A stretch of DNA of 64,000 nt, from NCBI GenBank assembly GCA_964247055.1, contig OZ176052.1:4526001-4590000 (forward strand). Direction: 5' to 3'. The notes under the pieces are model-generated. The model was not told the DNA's origin and did not search any database. It was given only the letters and a program-made list of their open reading frames with translations. Position numbers and translations under genes: made by a program. This document shows, one piece after another, positions 21,033-35,749 of this stretch (position 1 is the first letter of the stretch; the number at the start of each line of letters is the position of its first letter). The stretch is from Paragordius varius. Its lineage: Eukaryota; Animalia; Nematomorpha.

Positions 21033-24000
21033 CTACCAAACTTTGCATTTATCCTGACGGTTCATAAAAGCGTTTACAGAACAATTAAATGCACGAGCGA
21101 AATCTTTTGAGTTTGATAAAGCCCCATTTATACTAGAGGTAAAAAAATATTCCATGTAAATCATATAGTATATAAAAAACTAAATATAAAGTGGAAAAAA
21201 AGTTACCGATATTTAGGAACAGTATGAAAATCGGTTTTTATTTGCAAATATATTCGTTCAGGTTTGTCTTTAGAACAGAACGCCTAATGCATATTGAATT
21301 ATAAACAAAATTTTATTAAAAATGCAATTTGGTGTAAAAATAAATTTGCAATACATACCTGTCCAAATGCAATAAAAAAGAGTTGTTCATTCGTAAAGTT
21401 GTATGGATTATTTTGGTAAATAACCTTTCTCTCTTTTTCCGGAATAATGTTTGAAAATGCCTAAAAATTTAGTATTTATCGTTAAAAAATAATTTGGACC
21501 AAAATTAAAATAAAATATTTAAATTATTATATATTTCAAATGCAATACAATTTTTTATAACTTTGTGGCTAAAATTTCCATTAAATTAAGATTTTTACGA
21601 ACTAAAATGTAACCTTGAATGATATAGCTACACCTCCATTGTCTGCTAAATCTTCGCCTACAGTTTGTTTTCCATTTAACTAACAATATAAAATTATTAA
21701 ATAATATTTAATGTGCTAAAATATTAAATTTGTATAATAAGATACTTTATGATTTCCAATGCTATAATTATTGTATTGATTGATAAAACATTGCGTCTTA
21801 TTTTCAAAGGCAGCAATGGATGCGTCAGACCACCAGGGATTAACATTTCCATTTTTGTCATATTTTCGACCTTAATAAGTGTTTAAATAGGTAACAATTA
21901 ATATAAATCCATTGTGCCAAACCTATGGTTAAAATTAAATAAATGTATTTGGAAAAAATTAAAGGTTTTTAGAGGGGCTTTGTGCACACAACAGAACCCC
22001 GTACTCGTCTGAAAGAATTATTGAATTAGATGAGAATTTTTTTAAATAAAATACAATCGTCATCAAATCCGTGAGTAATTTCATGGCCAATGACGGATCC
22101 TATTGAACCATATGACATTGATCTAAAAATATTCGATAGCATATTATATAATTAAATATTTTAACTACTTGGCCGAAACGATGGTTTTAAATAATTTAGT
22201 TATGTAAAATATTTTATATTTTTAAAAAAGAATTCTAACTTAAACATAAAATAATCAGAGTGTTATTAACGGTTTGTTGTCATGCCATTTTATTCGCCCT
22301 ATTATTTTTATAGCCATTATTATAGTAAATGATGGATTTAATTTTTTTCATTAAACATCCGGGTAATCAAAACCTTTATAGTGATTAGTTTAACGTTAGA
22401 ATTCACATTCATGTGCGGGTAATATAGATAGAGTAGGCTTTAACCAAAGGTAATTTGTAAATAGTGTTCGACATAAATATTCTCATTAAGAAAAATAACT
22501 AGAATTATCATTCCGGATTGGTTAAAAATAACGATTTTTTGAAGCGTAATTATAAGATTGGGATTTAGCCGGACTCTCATTTAAATATCATTCGACAATG
22601 AAAAAGGGAAAAACCGAAGACCATAATCTCTAAACCAATGCACATTACTACAAACTATATCAAAAAAATGGACGCCGTTATCAGCAATAGTTAATTATAA
22701 AATTGGCTATTATATTGGATTTGAATGGATCAACAACTTATTGTCAAAGACACGCTTTTAGAAACGCTGAAAAACCTGTTAATTTGATCAAACACAGGCG
22801 GTATTTCAAAGTAATTGTATTAGGCGCATTGCATTATGTAATATAAATATGTAACATTGTTTTTTAAAGGCCAACACATTTTTACCGAGCATTGCTTAAA
22901 AACGCGATTTTACGTTTCCATATTACAATATATAGATGTTGTATATTGTTTTAATCATACATATAGTTAAGAAATTGAAAAAGATGCATCGCGAAACTTC
23001 AGCAGCGTGTGGTGTGTAATTTAGTGTCTTAGCAAGAAAAACAACGACAATTATAGTTAAACCATATGCTATACTTTTATATATACTGGATACAGTCAAT
23101 CGATTCAAATTAAGGACGTTGGTGACGCCAGGCCTGTTTAAATCAATTATCTCAAAAATGTGGAATAAATTTACACCATTGCAAAAATTTTTACTTATAT
23201 AACATTGATGAAACGAAATATAAAAAAAAATTATTTAAAGAAAACCAGATATTACTCATTTTATAAATAAACCGAAAGGCGATAATTAAATCAACATGAT
23301 ATGTGCGCATTCGCTAAATATAACACAAATCATTTTTTCTGTTTATATTAATGTTAAATATGATTTAGATAAAAAATTATATTTGCGAAAATGTTGCAAA
23401 ATAAAAATGGTGTCAAAATAGTTTGATATAGAGCTTTTATTAACAAGATTTTTAGATATTTTGTTGTTATATAATATTTATTAGGGTAGAAGCATAAACT
23501 TAAATTAAAACCGTCCCTGTCAGTAGTTGAATAATATATTAAAATGGGGTCACCAGTTACCTCAATTTGAATCGAAGTGATAAATACGACACTGATCCAT
23601 GTAAATAAAAATTAGAAAAACGGCAGGTATTTTTATTCAAAACCTTAAGCTGTCTGTAAAGACAATTTCATAATTTTTTAAAAGATATGATGTTACAAAT
23701 AAAAATCTCTCATATAAACCGCCAAAAATGTTTGAATATAAAATATCAAGTGCGACTTTTAAACCCATATAGTATTTTTTGATTCATAAATAAATCCTAA
23801 AAAATATTTATAAGTTAATATATTTATATATAAACAATATTTTACATGGGAAACAATCTGTCATAAAAGGGATTTCGGAATATTCCAGCCAAAAATACTA
23901 AAAGATAATTTTAATGTCAATGAAAACCTATTTCATTCTGTGAAGCTAAATAGTATGCATTGACTGAATGGGGTGGAATGTACCATCTAAATATATTATA

Positions 24001-27000
24001 TAAAAATATAAAAAAATGGTTGTTTTATAACCAAGTTTTTTCAACAAACTGTAATATAAAGTCTAACCAATATTAATATACAGTGAAAATGGATATACAG
24101 ACCAAATGTAAACAAAAAAATTTTTTTACCGACATATTTTCATTGATTTTTCTTATTATATAAATTATTTATTTACAATTGAGGAATATACAATTGAGTG
24201 TATTCCTAATTTATTTTCTGAGATTCACATTTTGCACCCCAAAATGATGAGTTACATTTAACAACATAGAGATGATTGTGTGTTAAAATTAAATGCATGT
24301 CTTTTAATTTTACATTTTGTCCGTAAATTTAATTTTTACTGTGTAATATTTTATGTAAAAAAAACTTGGTTTTATCGATCGGAGCTTTATATCTTTTCCA
24401 TACATTACGATTATTCCTTTGGTTTTGGGTGCGCCAATTTTCAAAATATTTATTGGGTTTGAATGGCATCTATTTTTTGATTTTAATAATAATAATATAA
24501 TGAGCCAGAAATGGATACTTTTGCATAATCTTTGTCCAATAGTGCGGGTGTCACTATGTAATCGGGAAAACCAATCTTAATTTTGAGGGCATCAACCTAT
24601 AATGCATACCAAAATGACATAAAATTACATAAAATTTAACATATAGTATGGGTTAATATCAAATCCATCAAGCAATTACTAATGATCGTTTTCAAAGGGG
24701 TGTTTCAAAAAAAAATTGCGGTCGGCTTATTTGAAAAAAACAAAAGCAAATAAGTACAAGATTCATTTAAAAATATCATTGACGTATGAAATCTATATTA
24801 TTCACATTTAATTATAATCTAAAGAATTATATCTATTTCGCTTATTAACACCATTAATTATTCGGTAGAGGGTTATTTTAAGGCCGTTATATGTTTAGAT
24901 ATACCACAAGTTACCCTTAAATTTGATTATTTCGTAAAACAAAAATTATCAATTAATTTGATTTTAATAGACAAAAACCGTAAAAATAAGCGGATTTAAA
25001 TTTTTATTGCCAAATAGTAAATACAACAAAGGGCAGTATTATTGGCGAATAATAGTAAAAGAAAAAAATAACTATAAACCAATAATACTGCCCTTTGTTG
25101 TATTTACTATTTGGCAATAATTAATCACTTTCTAGATGTATAACTCTTACTGTATCTCATACATTATATATATATGTATATCGTGTTCATATTTTTTCCC
25201 ATGATTAAACCATAAAATCTTTATCAAAGTCCAATTGCATTAGTTATGTTTTTTCAATCGGACCTGTCGAATTTTTCGGGTTGAAAATGCAACCCGAGAA
25301 GCCATTTGTGAGGCCACCTCAGGTTTACAGTAATCTAAATAAACTATTTTTATTACACTAGTCGACAAATTTGGACATTTTTAAGCACCACCACTCAAAC
25401 TTTTTAAATTATGACTAATTTCAGTGTTTTGTTTTAGATCCGAATTTGAAAAAAAATTTGATCCCGCCAATCAGAATTTTGAAATTTTATAGGTTTTTCA
25501 ATTTTTCAAAAACAAAAGAAAATCGAGAGAAAATTAAATATAACTTTATAATAAAATGTTATTATATTATAAACTTAATATCATTTAATAAAGCGTTTTA
25601 AACTCTATCTTTTGAATATAAATATGTCATTTAAATATCAGAGAGAAAAAAATAGTACGGACTTAAACGTCAAAATTTAGTCTTTTTTTTCAAGTGAATT
25701 TTTAACACATATAAAATTTTTTAAAAAAAATACTAAAAAAAGCATTCTATGGTTTAAACCTTCGGCTTTCAGATAGGCTATATTTTTTTGTTAGTTTTCG
25801 TTCTTTCGAGTACTTATTAGACTTTTTCTCTTGAGTTGGTTCTTATAAAAAATCCTTTATTTATACCTAGTGGATATACCTTATTTTCTTAAAATTATTG
25901 GTTGTTTTGTATTTTTTAGTAGAATTTACTGTTATGGGATTGGACCATTTGTATTTACCTAATTTATATTCAATTTAATTGTAGAATTTATCTAACTTTA
26001 TTCTGTAGATTGGTTAATTTGACATGTCAATTTGCCACGATTTTGCTTGCAAGTCTCTCTTATCGGACTTTACGATTACTTATTGTTATCTTTGCCATAT
26101 CTGGCATAATTATAGGATCGCTTGGAGGATATGCAGAGCTTGTGCAGCCGCCCATATCTATCACACTATACATACGCCCCTTTTAAATTTTTAATACTTT
26201 GGCTCTTAGCTTGTTTAGTATCTTATTTAATGCCTAGAATTTGTTATCCATGCATGGAATATTATTTGTATCGACTTGCTTGTTTGAATATTTAAACATA
26301 TGTAAACTAGGAATGATTGTTATTTTTGAATTAAATACAAATTTAAAAATTAAATTTTGGAAAAATCCTATTGGTGGCCTCAATTTTCTTTTTTGTTTTG
26401 GCCTTTCCATGCCATTAGGTATCAGAAAATGCAAAACTAATGGGGTGGTGCAAAACCTTGTTGAGCAGTGTTATGAATGTGACTTACTTTGTCCTGAGCC
26501 TTAATTTTGGTTTCGGCATCCATCCATTTAAGATCATTTATTCGCTGTTTGTACGCCTTTTGCAGTTGTGTCACCAAATTTTCCAACTATAAAATTTTAA
26601 AAATCTTAAATATTCATTCAGCTGTGCTTTGTTTTGTAATCAAATATATTATAATTATTAATCAATATTATAATTATTTAAAATGCGCAATATATTTTAA
26701 TAACCCTACCCTTTTGCGATCAGATTTATCAAAATTATCCCGTAGATAAAGAGCACTCAATGGATACTGCATGAAAACAGGAAACTCTTTAAGGCACTTT
26801 TTCCATTTAGGCAAATTTTCATAATCTTTTTTGTTGACAGCACGTTGAACGGGTTCATATGCCTTCCTAAACTCAGTTGACAATAAACTTGTCATGGGAT
26901 TAGCCATGTGCCAAAATCCGTAATCATTCAATATTCTAGAATAGAAAAAAGAGAGCTGATGATAAAATTAGATAACCCAATATTAAAGCAATTAATTTGT

Positions 27001-28245
27001 TTTGAACAGAAGCGCTATTTAACTTATAAAATTTATTTTTTAACGGTTTTATTAATTAAGTAACATAGACCTCTAAAATATGAACCAAATGCGCTATATA
27101 GATGAAAAAATACGTAAGTACTTTTTATTCAATTAACAGATACAATGTTACTTTTTAAGCTTCTCGAATGAATTGATAGAAATCGATTCTATAACTATTT
27201 ATCCATTATTCAAAAAATTTCATTTAAATGTGTATACAATTCAAGCACTAACAACATAAATATAAGTATATATCCAAAAATGTTAAACTTGATTTTATTT
27301 GGGCTATTGAGATACGATTTGAGTAATCTGGTCAAGTTACCTAAATGATCTACAGAACGAACCCAAACTGTGTCATTTGCCGTGAGTGTATTGTTATATG
27401 GCGAAAATACAAGATTTAAAAAGCGAGTCCAATTCTTCTAAATTTATGTACAGCAAAAATAAAATCATACGGACAAAACGTAATGTAAAAACAAAGACAA
27501 TCATACTTTTTGAATCTTGATCTTTTTAAATAAAATATTGTTTGAAATTGCAAAGTATGCAGGTGATATGTATATTGGTAACTCAATCAGTTATATAACT
27601 TATATTAATTAAATATTTTATGTAGGAAAAATAAAGGTATAAAAAATATGGTTGTATTTTGAAAAAAATATATTTGTCTTTATATTTTTACTTTTTGTCC
27701 GTATAATCTTAATTTTTACTGTTATAAAACGTAGACATAATTTTTGGTTAAGTTTATAGTGAATAAGAAAATATACTTACGAAATCATATTTTCGATTCA
27801 ATTCGTCCATCGTTAATTTAATATAATTTTCTTCGTCGAACGTGTACAAATCTTTTGGGGATGGTGTGAACTATAAAGAGAGAAAAATATTTTATTTCAC
27901 CATTTTCATTATTATAATAGTTTTGAGCGGTATATTGATCGATAATTACAGAATTAATAACGAATTATAAATGCCAAGCTCCATGCCCAAAACTACGATA
28001 AACTAATTACTATACAATTATATTGCTGTATAATAAATCCTTATTTGAGAAGGCAATAAAAAGATAAAAAGCAAAAAATATAAATTGTGCGTAAAAATGG
28101 TATCAATCTTAGTACCAAAAAAGATTTAAATAAATGAATTCTTCTGGATTACATAATAATGTTGTTAAAATCATAGCATTCTCATGGTTGTATTTTATCT
28201 TAATAAATTCAAATATCTCAATGCCCTGTGTAAATTAGTTTATCT

Positions 28246-28289
<44 letters not shown>

Positions 28290-30502
28290 GTTCGCTATCA
28301 GTGTTTCAAACGTCAAAATCCCATCTATAATTTTATCAACTTTTTTTCGTATCTCAGGATTGTGACGTAAACTTTGTGGTTTTGATTGCGTTGAATTTGT
28401 CGTACCATTTGGGGCAAGGTTAATCCGTAAAGAAACCTCATTTCCACTAAAATCATCTTCATTATTAGATTTATCATTATTCCCAATATTACTAATATCA
28501 GGGTTTATTTCATTCGATTCAATCAAGAGGTACAAAAGATTGGTCATATACTTTTTATAGGCTTGGTACATTTTAAAATTTTCGGGGTCAGCATTCAGTT
28601 TATACATATCTTTGTTGGGTAGGGTCAGTTTCCCAGGTGATATGATAGGTAAATAGGCCGACGAATTTTTAGGATCAATACCAATATTCAAATCGATGAA
28701 AATATCGACATAATCTTCTTGCAATAATCCGCGATCATATTCAACTATTTTTGACAAAAGATGAAATGGTTTTATGTTAAATATTGGAATAAAGTATTCT
28801 ATATAAATTAGTATTATCCTAATAATAAGTTAATAATTATACATTTGACTTAAAATTGGACGCTTAAAAATTCCGTGAAATAACGGAAAAGTTAACAAAA
28901 ACAATTAGTAAATGAATAATCACACTGAAATCACCAGGTGATATGTGAAATCCTTCGTCACAAGCGATTGCAGACTAGTTTCGTGCTTGTTAGCACTCAT
29001 TAGTGCGACACAACTATATGATTTTGGGTTTCACATATCGATTTATCTATATGAGCAATTTTGGTGTAAATTTAATCGTTAATACTAGCTTGTGGTTATT
29101 GTTGACCAAGGGTTTCATATATATATCTTTTCCTACTGTTTATTTTCATTAACTTTACCGTTTTATCATGGAATTTTTAATAATATCCATTATCATAACT
29201 AAGTATTTAAAGGGTTAAATTCAAATATTGCCCCTAAGAATACACATGCATAATTTTGCCTCACAATAAATTAAATTTAAAACCAGTTTCTGATACCAAA
29301 AAAAATATTTGTAAGTAATATTTTAATTATGGACATATATAAAAAATAAACTTTTAAGTAAACCACTCGGTTGGTCTCTGCTTATGAATGGTGACGTTTT
29401 TAATTTTGGATTCATAAAATCCCATCCTTTGTAGACTTTGAGATAATTTAATAAAGGTAAAGAGCCTCTTTTTTCTCTGATGCCTTGTGGATCCAAACAT
29501 CCGTCGAACAGCTGTTTTGCATACAGTTCACCTTCACTGGGGTACGATGTGTTGGAATTTTCTAAAAATTGATAAAAATAAATGGCTAATTGTTAAATTT
29601 TTGTAATTATAATAATATTAACATAAAGTTTTTTTCGATAGAATAAACTAAAATATTAAATTATCATAAAATTTTAACAAAACCCTTGGGAATATTAATT
29701 CAAAATTAATATATTTTGAGGCACTTGCTTTCAAAACGTCCGAGTATTATAAAAAATTTGAAATATCTATATTTTACTGCTGGTGCTTATTTTTTTACCC
29801 CTATTATAAAATTTTTTCAACATTCATAGTTTAAACCAGGCATCCAGCACAAATGCTTCGCGAGTCGCATTTTAAACTCAAAAAAACCCGGGGGCCCATT
29901 TCTAATATATATGGGCATTCAAATTTTTAAACATAAGATTGTAAGCAAAATAAAATAAAATTATTTAGTTCTTGTCAATTACATAGACTAATTTAAAATA
30001 TTGTAAAGGGATCAATTTTATTAAGAAATGAACATATTTTTGCAAATATTGAAGTTTAAATTTATCGCACGCGTGTTCAGACACCCCTGGTTATAAACAA
30101 CTAGCATGTGCAAATATGAACATTATTTAATTATATTTCTCTCTTTTCCTAATTTTTTTGCATGGTTTCCAGGTTATGAAATACTGTTCATTATATCATT
30201 CTAGTATGAATTGAGCCATCAAAAAAGCGCATAAACATTTAAAATCTCATATCCTATAGATAGGTGTTGCGATTAATAAAACATATAAAGGTAGAATTAT
30301 ATACCCAAAATATAATAAAGTATTTGTTTGATATCATCATCGTTTTGTGTAAATGAATTCCACGAATTAAATCCCAAAGGGATATTTTTTGTTTTTACAT
30401 ATCCCCCACAAACATGCTCAAAAAAATCTTCACATGGGTCAGCTCCTAAATTCATATTGCGAACCATTGAATCCAAACTGAAAGAATTGGGTTTGACAAG
30501 TC
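21033..30502 (-). CDS. Neprilysin/endothelin-converting-enzyme-like M13 metallopeptidase (multi-exon; 5' exons not located)
   Basis: Exons encode [14 protein letters not shown] (~30320-30502), 29380-29550, 28270-28760, KNWTRFL (~27300-27438), 26720-26930, KWMDAETK (~26485-26585), KIKIGFPD (~24520-24597), SVNAYY (~23920-23985), [22 protein letters not shown] (~22060-22130), [36 protein letters not shown] and [10 protein letters not shown]. Confidence 0.92.
22600..22900 (+). pseudogene. Possible highly decayed LINE RT fragment in a neprilysin intron
   Basis: [12 protein letters not shown] resembles the WRPISLLNxDYKI RT motif, followed by DQTQAVF; many stops. Confidence 0.3.
24081..24339. mobile_element. 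TA|CAGT-ended MITE family (Tc1/mariner/pogo-like); related copies at 27451-27721 and 55076-55335
   Basis: Termini TA|CAGTAAAAATT..ATACGGA.AAAA and TTTTGTCCG.A.AATTT.AATTTTTACTG|TA; clearest with TA flanks on both sides at 55076-55335. Confidence 0.6.
25004..25120. repeat. Perfect 42-bp inverted repeat with 33-nt spacer (mini-MITE or hairpin)
   Basis: TTATTGCCAAATAGTAAATACAACAAAGGGCAGTATTATTGG (25004-25045) and its exact reverse complement (25079-25120). Confidence 0.9.
28966..29009 (-). ncRNA. Degenerate minimal type I hammerhead ribozyme motif (intronic, sense to the neprilysin gene)
   Basis: GUCGCA-CUAAUGA-GUGCU(AACA)AGCAC-GAA-ACUAGU-C-UGCAAUC: stem II, GAA, palindromic minimal stem III and GUC site are present; the core has A at position 5 instead of G, and stem I has a mismatch. 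Confidence 0.7.
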
Positions 30503-33239
30503 CTAAATAAAAATGAATAAATATTTTTATATAAATATTTAGGATATGATATAAGTGTTTAAAGAATTATATACAACTCTCAAAATGTATAATATCGACA
30601 GTTAGTGGCCAAATGCTAATACAGTAGCATATAATTTAAAATAAATTTTGTCCATAATTAAATAAAATAAATGAAAAAAAAGTTTTTTTCACCATTTTTT
30701 GTTTTTTACCCATATGCCACTATATGCCAAATGGTCAAAAAAATGTATATACTATGTAATTATAATTAAACCAGTATGATTGCCATTAGAATCCAAACTT
30801 TGGGATTTTATAGAATATATATTGAACAACAAAATTATAGCGATAAATGTTCCCAGAATAAATGACTTGTCCATGATAATTTAAAAAGTATAAATATATT
30901 TTATAACGGATATAATCTAAATCCAATATATATAAAAATTTTAGCAGTAACTTTGATTGTGAGAAAAATATGTAAATAGTAGTCGATTTTTATTGAATAG
31001 CAATTGTGCGAATCTCTTATGCCGTAGGATTTTTATAAAAACTATTGATATGCAAAAATTTAAACAACTAATAATAATGCACACAAAAAATGTCGCATAT
31101 ATCTTTGATTTTTCTTTAATTAATATGTTTTAATTATATGCGAACATAATGATAAAACATTTTGTAGTAAATATATAACCTTACCTAATTTACATTATAT
31201 TTGTATGTATGTAAAGAGGAATAACAAGCACTCTTAATGAATTGAAAAACACGAAATCAATCAATTAATTTTTTTTTCGTAATTACCTACACATACATAT
31301 TTAAAATGTCAATAAACTTTTTCCCCAAAAGGGCATATATTTTTGACAAGTGGGTCAATTTTTTTATTTTGAGTAATAAAAAGTTTTTCACCTATTAAAA
31401 TGATTTACAGATTAATTTTAGCTAACGCTTATACAAAGCTTGCCATATATATGAACTTACGGATTCATATTAGCGACAATAAAATAATATAATATATAAT
31501 CTTAACTCTATTTTCAAAATTTTATCGTTTAAGTATCAATTGTTTGTCCGCATTCCATTTAAAGATTGGCCAAAAAATAGAAAATAAATTGTCACCAATT
31601 CCGTGTTTGTTTGTCGTAAAAAACCATAAATCTTTTATTTGTCTTTCGATTTTATAATTATGCAAAAAAGTTCTCATGTTACAACAACCAATTAATATAA
31701 TCAAATAAGGTAATTACAATAAAAATAAAATCATTCATGTTATCCATTTTAACAAATATTTTATGATTAAGTGCATCATAAAAGCAAATGTTAAAAATAA
31801 ATGGTATATATATATATTTTATTTGGAGATAAGGCAAACTTATGGCTAAAAAAATAATATAAAAAATATTTTATCATATTTATATATATTGTGCAAAAAT
31901 ATTAAACAATAATTTTAATATTAAATCGTTCATTTTTTGGTATAACGTTTGTTGAGATTTAAGATGAAATAGAGTGCCAAATTTATGGGTAAAAAACAGC
32001 CATAAAATATACCCAATCTCATATATTATTTTATTTATTGATGAAACATTAACTAACTTTCGGGGAAGTGGATAAATTTAAATAAGCCAAAATATGGTAA
32101 GTTAATCGTCATGTACAAATTATATTTAAGGTATTGGGGGGGATTATGAAAACCTTTAACACGTTAATATATAATTTCATATAAATTACTAATTTCTAGC
32201 TCTTCTTTGAAACCATCATTTAAAAGCTTTATAATATATACGTTTGAGTGATTAAAACATTTGTTATGAGTAATTTCGGGAAAAATATTTTATATATCTG
32301 AGTGGATGGCTTGGCCAATACGTATTACTTTTGCGATAAAATAAACGGGTGCAAAAAAATTCTTTGTGTGGTCTAACCGTAAAATTTAAATAATTTTAAA
32401 ACAGTTCGAAACTGTTCAAAAATATAGAATTGGTTATTTAGGTCTGTATTATTATGGTTATTACAAAATCACTCACGCGTTAATATTAATACATTTGAGA
32501 TAATTATTTCCCAAATAAAAATATTTAATTTTTATTGGTGGTAAAACTTGGTTTTTATAATCGTTTCGGAACTAATTTCATGTTAAGTGATAAAAAAATT
32601 TAAAGTTAAGGATTCCTCAAATTGATTTATTAAAAACTTATGGTACGTTTGGTGTAAAAGCTCATATTCCAATAAGACCGAACTATAAATAAATTTTAAC
32701 TTTTGAACAAAAATAAAGCTCGCGATCCGTTTCAATTTTTTTACAAAGTCTATTTGGTATCTAGGGTGTATCATGTCACTATTATACAGTTTTCTAGTAT
32801 ATGGGATGCAAAATATACAGTTTAGACCAGGAACCAATGCGCGGCCCTTAAAAATATTTCTGCAGCCCGCAAGAAGATTCAAATTTAAGATTTTACGTCA
32901 TCTAACTAAAATTGATTTAATTAAACCAATTTTCCGATTTAGTTTTTCCGAATTTCAGATAATAACTATTAAAAATTATTCAAATAAATAGTAGTTTTTA
33001 CAACCTTGTGTTTGAAATCCAATAAAATATTTGTTAATGTCGAAATATTTTTGGTATGCGGCCCGTCTATTTGATTCAAAAATGCGACACAAAGCCATTT
33101 GTGTTGGACATCTCGTTTCCAACAAAAATGAATTAGCGGGGCCAGCGAGATGGCATTAATAAACATTTTAATAGATTTAAACATGGGACCAATTACGACC
33201 CACGATGTATCTGCTTTTTTTTGCCAAAATTGGAAAAAT

Positions 33240-33860
33240 TTATTCAGAAATTTATATTATAAAAAGTATGTACATTTTCCTTCCATTTCGCCCATATCTC
33301 AAGTATTATTTGAGTGTCGTGCCAAAAAACTGATTGTCTTTTGTGAAACCTTTCATAAAGCCATTTTCAATCTTCGAAATTAATAAAATGTTGCTCTGCC
33401 AGGGTGTGCCCCAGCAAAGTTGTATTAGTCAGCGCGTCAGTAGAGTTGAGCGGATGGGAAAGAAGTTCCCATCGAAGCGATTTCAGGGTATTTTTTACTG
33501 CTATTGGTGTGTGAGATGGAGCATTGTTATGTAGCAAAAACATTTTGCCATGTCTTCTGCCCAATTCCGATCGTTTTTTGTTTAATGCATGGTTTAAATT
33601 AATTTTTTGGCGATAGCGTTGCTTACAAACGGTTGGGTTTAAAAAGTTGATAATACACAATCCTACTCTTTCCCAGACTCAGATCACGGTCTTTTTGTCA
33701 AAACGATTTGACATCAATGTTGATGGACAAACCTGGCAAGGTGAAGGCACGATTTTTTTGCTTCGGATTCACAAAATAAAGCCTCTTCTCATCAACCGTC
33801 TCAATTCGATGCAAAAATATCTTTCCGTAGCTTTAAAGCAGGCTTTAACAATCACTTTGT
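33240..33860 (-). pseudogene. Mariner transposase remnant
   Basis: FLLHNNAPSHT...LRWELLSHPLNSTDA...HTLAEQHF resembles the mariner LLHDNARPH...WEVLPHPPYSPDLAP...LAEQHF; upstream RFDKKTVI*VW; frameshifted. Confidence 0.8.
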
Positions 33861-35749
33861 GATTTTGATTTGACATTAATCGAATGTATGAAACCCACCA
33901 TTTACCGGGTTTATTAGTCTTTTCTCCGCCTTGTAGACATTTATTAACTGTTATTTGTGAAACTGTTACCCTTCTGTCATAAATTACACTTGTCTTCACA
34001 GCTGTCTTTTCTATAAGAGAATATACATTATTTAACATGTCAGAGTTTTTAATATTTTGTAACCATGTTTTGGCATGTGTAAAACGATAGAGCATGGTCA
34101 CATATATTTCTTCCAGCTTTCAATAGCCTTTTTCACATGGCAATGCGTGCCGCAAATATTCCTTTTAAGCCATAAAATTCCACATGATTCAATTTTAAAA
34201 ATATGTTAGAGTGGCTAACGTGTTTTTGTCGTTTAATGTTAGTTGAATTAAATGGAGTCTGTATCAAATTAATTGTCTGCGTAAATTCGTTGTGGTCATC
34301 TTTTAGTTAAACAAACCGGTAATAACTTTATGACTACACCACATAAAATTATATCACAAATCTCTAAAGTTTTTTATAAAATTTTTGAATAAATAATAAT
34401 TTTTACCTTAAAGAAATCATAGGACTTTTCAAATTTAAGGGTAATATGTGGTTTATATATATATATTTCCAGGCCTTAAAAATAACCATTTGCAAAACAA
34501 TCAATGATGTTGATAAAACAAATATATTTTAACTTAACACTAATAAATAATTTATTAAAGTCAAAAATAATTTAAATTTTATTATTCTACAAAAATTGAA
34601 AATAGCATATAGTTTAATTAAATATAAATATTGATACTTTAAATATATATTTCAGGTCCACAAAATAATTCGGAGGACGCATTCGGCCGGCCAGTTTATC
34701 ACCCCTAGAAAATTGTCTAAAAGTATATAACAATTATTTTAAAATCACCTGCCTAGAGTGAAAATAATGATGGAAAAATTTTCTAATGATTACAAAAATA
34801 GTACAATATATATATTAATTATGTGATTTACAGGGTTGACCCCCGCCAAAAACCATTACACAAATATAAATCGTATAATTTAAATTTTAAAAGTGTGAAT
34901 CAACTACAGTCAAACCTCCTCTTATAATGAGTTATTTGAATAAATATCGCTTATAATCAAGTTAGCTATGCCTATACATCATTTATCATCCCGATTTTTA
35001 ACGAAAGGCCCAATTTATTAGTTATAATCTTTTAAGTATATCTACCGACAACCTACAGATTCGTATGCATTATGGTATCCTTAGAATAACCCCAAAATAA
35101 TAAAATTAATCAGTTTTTTTTAATTTTTTTACCAAATATCTGTAGAAAATCATTAATTATATATAAATTGATGTAAATTATATTTCGCTCAAAAGTTTTA
35201 ATTTTATATATTTTTTAAAGGGTCATAGTGTATTTTCAAGGGTCAGTAAAAACAGGTATTACATAGAAAATTTAGGTGAGAGTAAGAAACATACTTTAAT
35301 GTCAAAAAGTAAAAAAAACGGTTCGTACTAATTCGCATAAAAAATATTAAAATTGCGAATATTTTACAGCATTTTAAGGTGGTGTTTTAGCATCCATATT
35401 TAATTTGTACTGTTTTAAATATGATAGCGATTTTTAAAAAATATATTAATTTTAAGTATTATTAGAAATAGCTTGCGATAAAAATGGTATAACCCAGAAA
35501 AGCGTTTTACAAAAAGAAATAAAAGATTCATGTTATAGTTGTAAAAAATATACCAATATTTTGGCATAAAAGTAAAAATTGAGTGAATGATCAGGTAAAT
35601 TTATTGCATAATTAGATTGAGTATGTATGTTGTTTTTGTAAAAAATCATAAATATAAAAAACTTTCCAATCATAAATTCAAAATGGCAAATTGTAAAATA
35701 TGAATGCATAATAATTTTTATATGGACATAGCAGTCAAACTAAATGCAT

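Noticed and set aside
28250-28288. (TA)n microsatellites (also ~37390-37430, ~62360-62390)
   Set aside because: Ordinary simple repeats in AT-rich introns.
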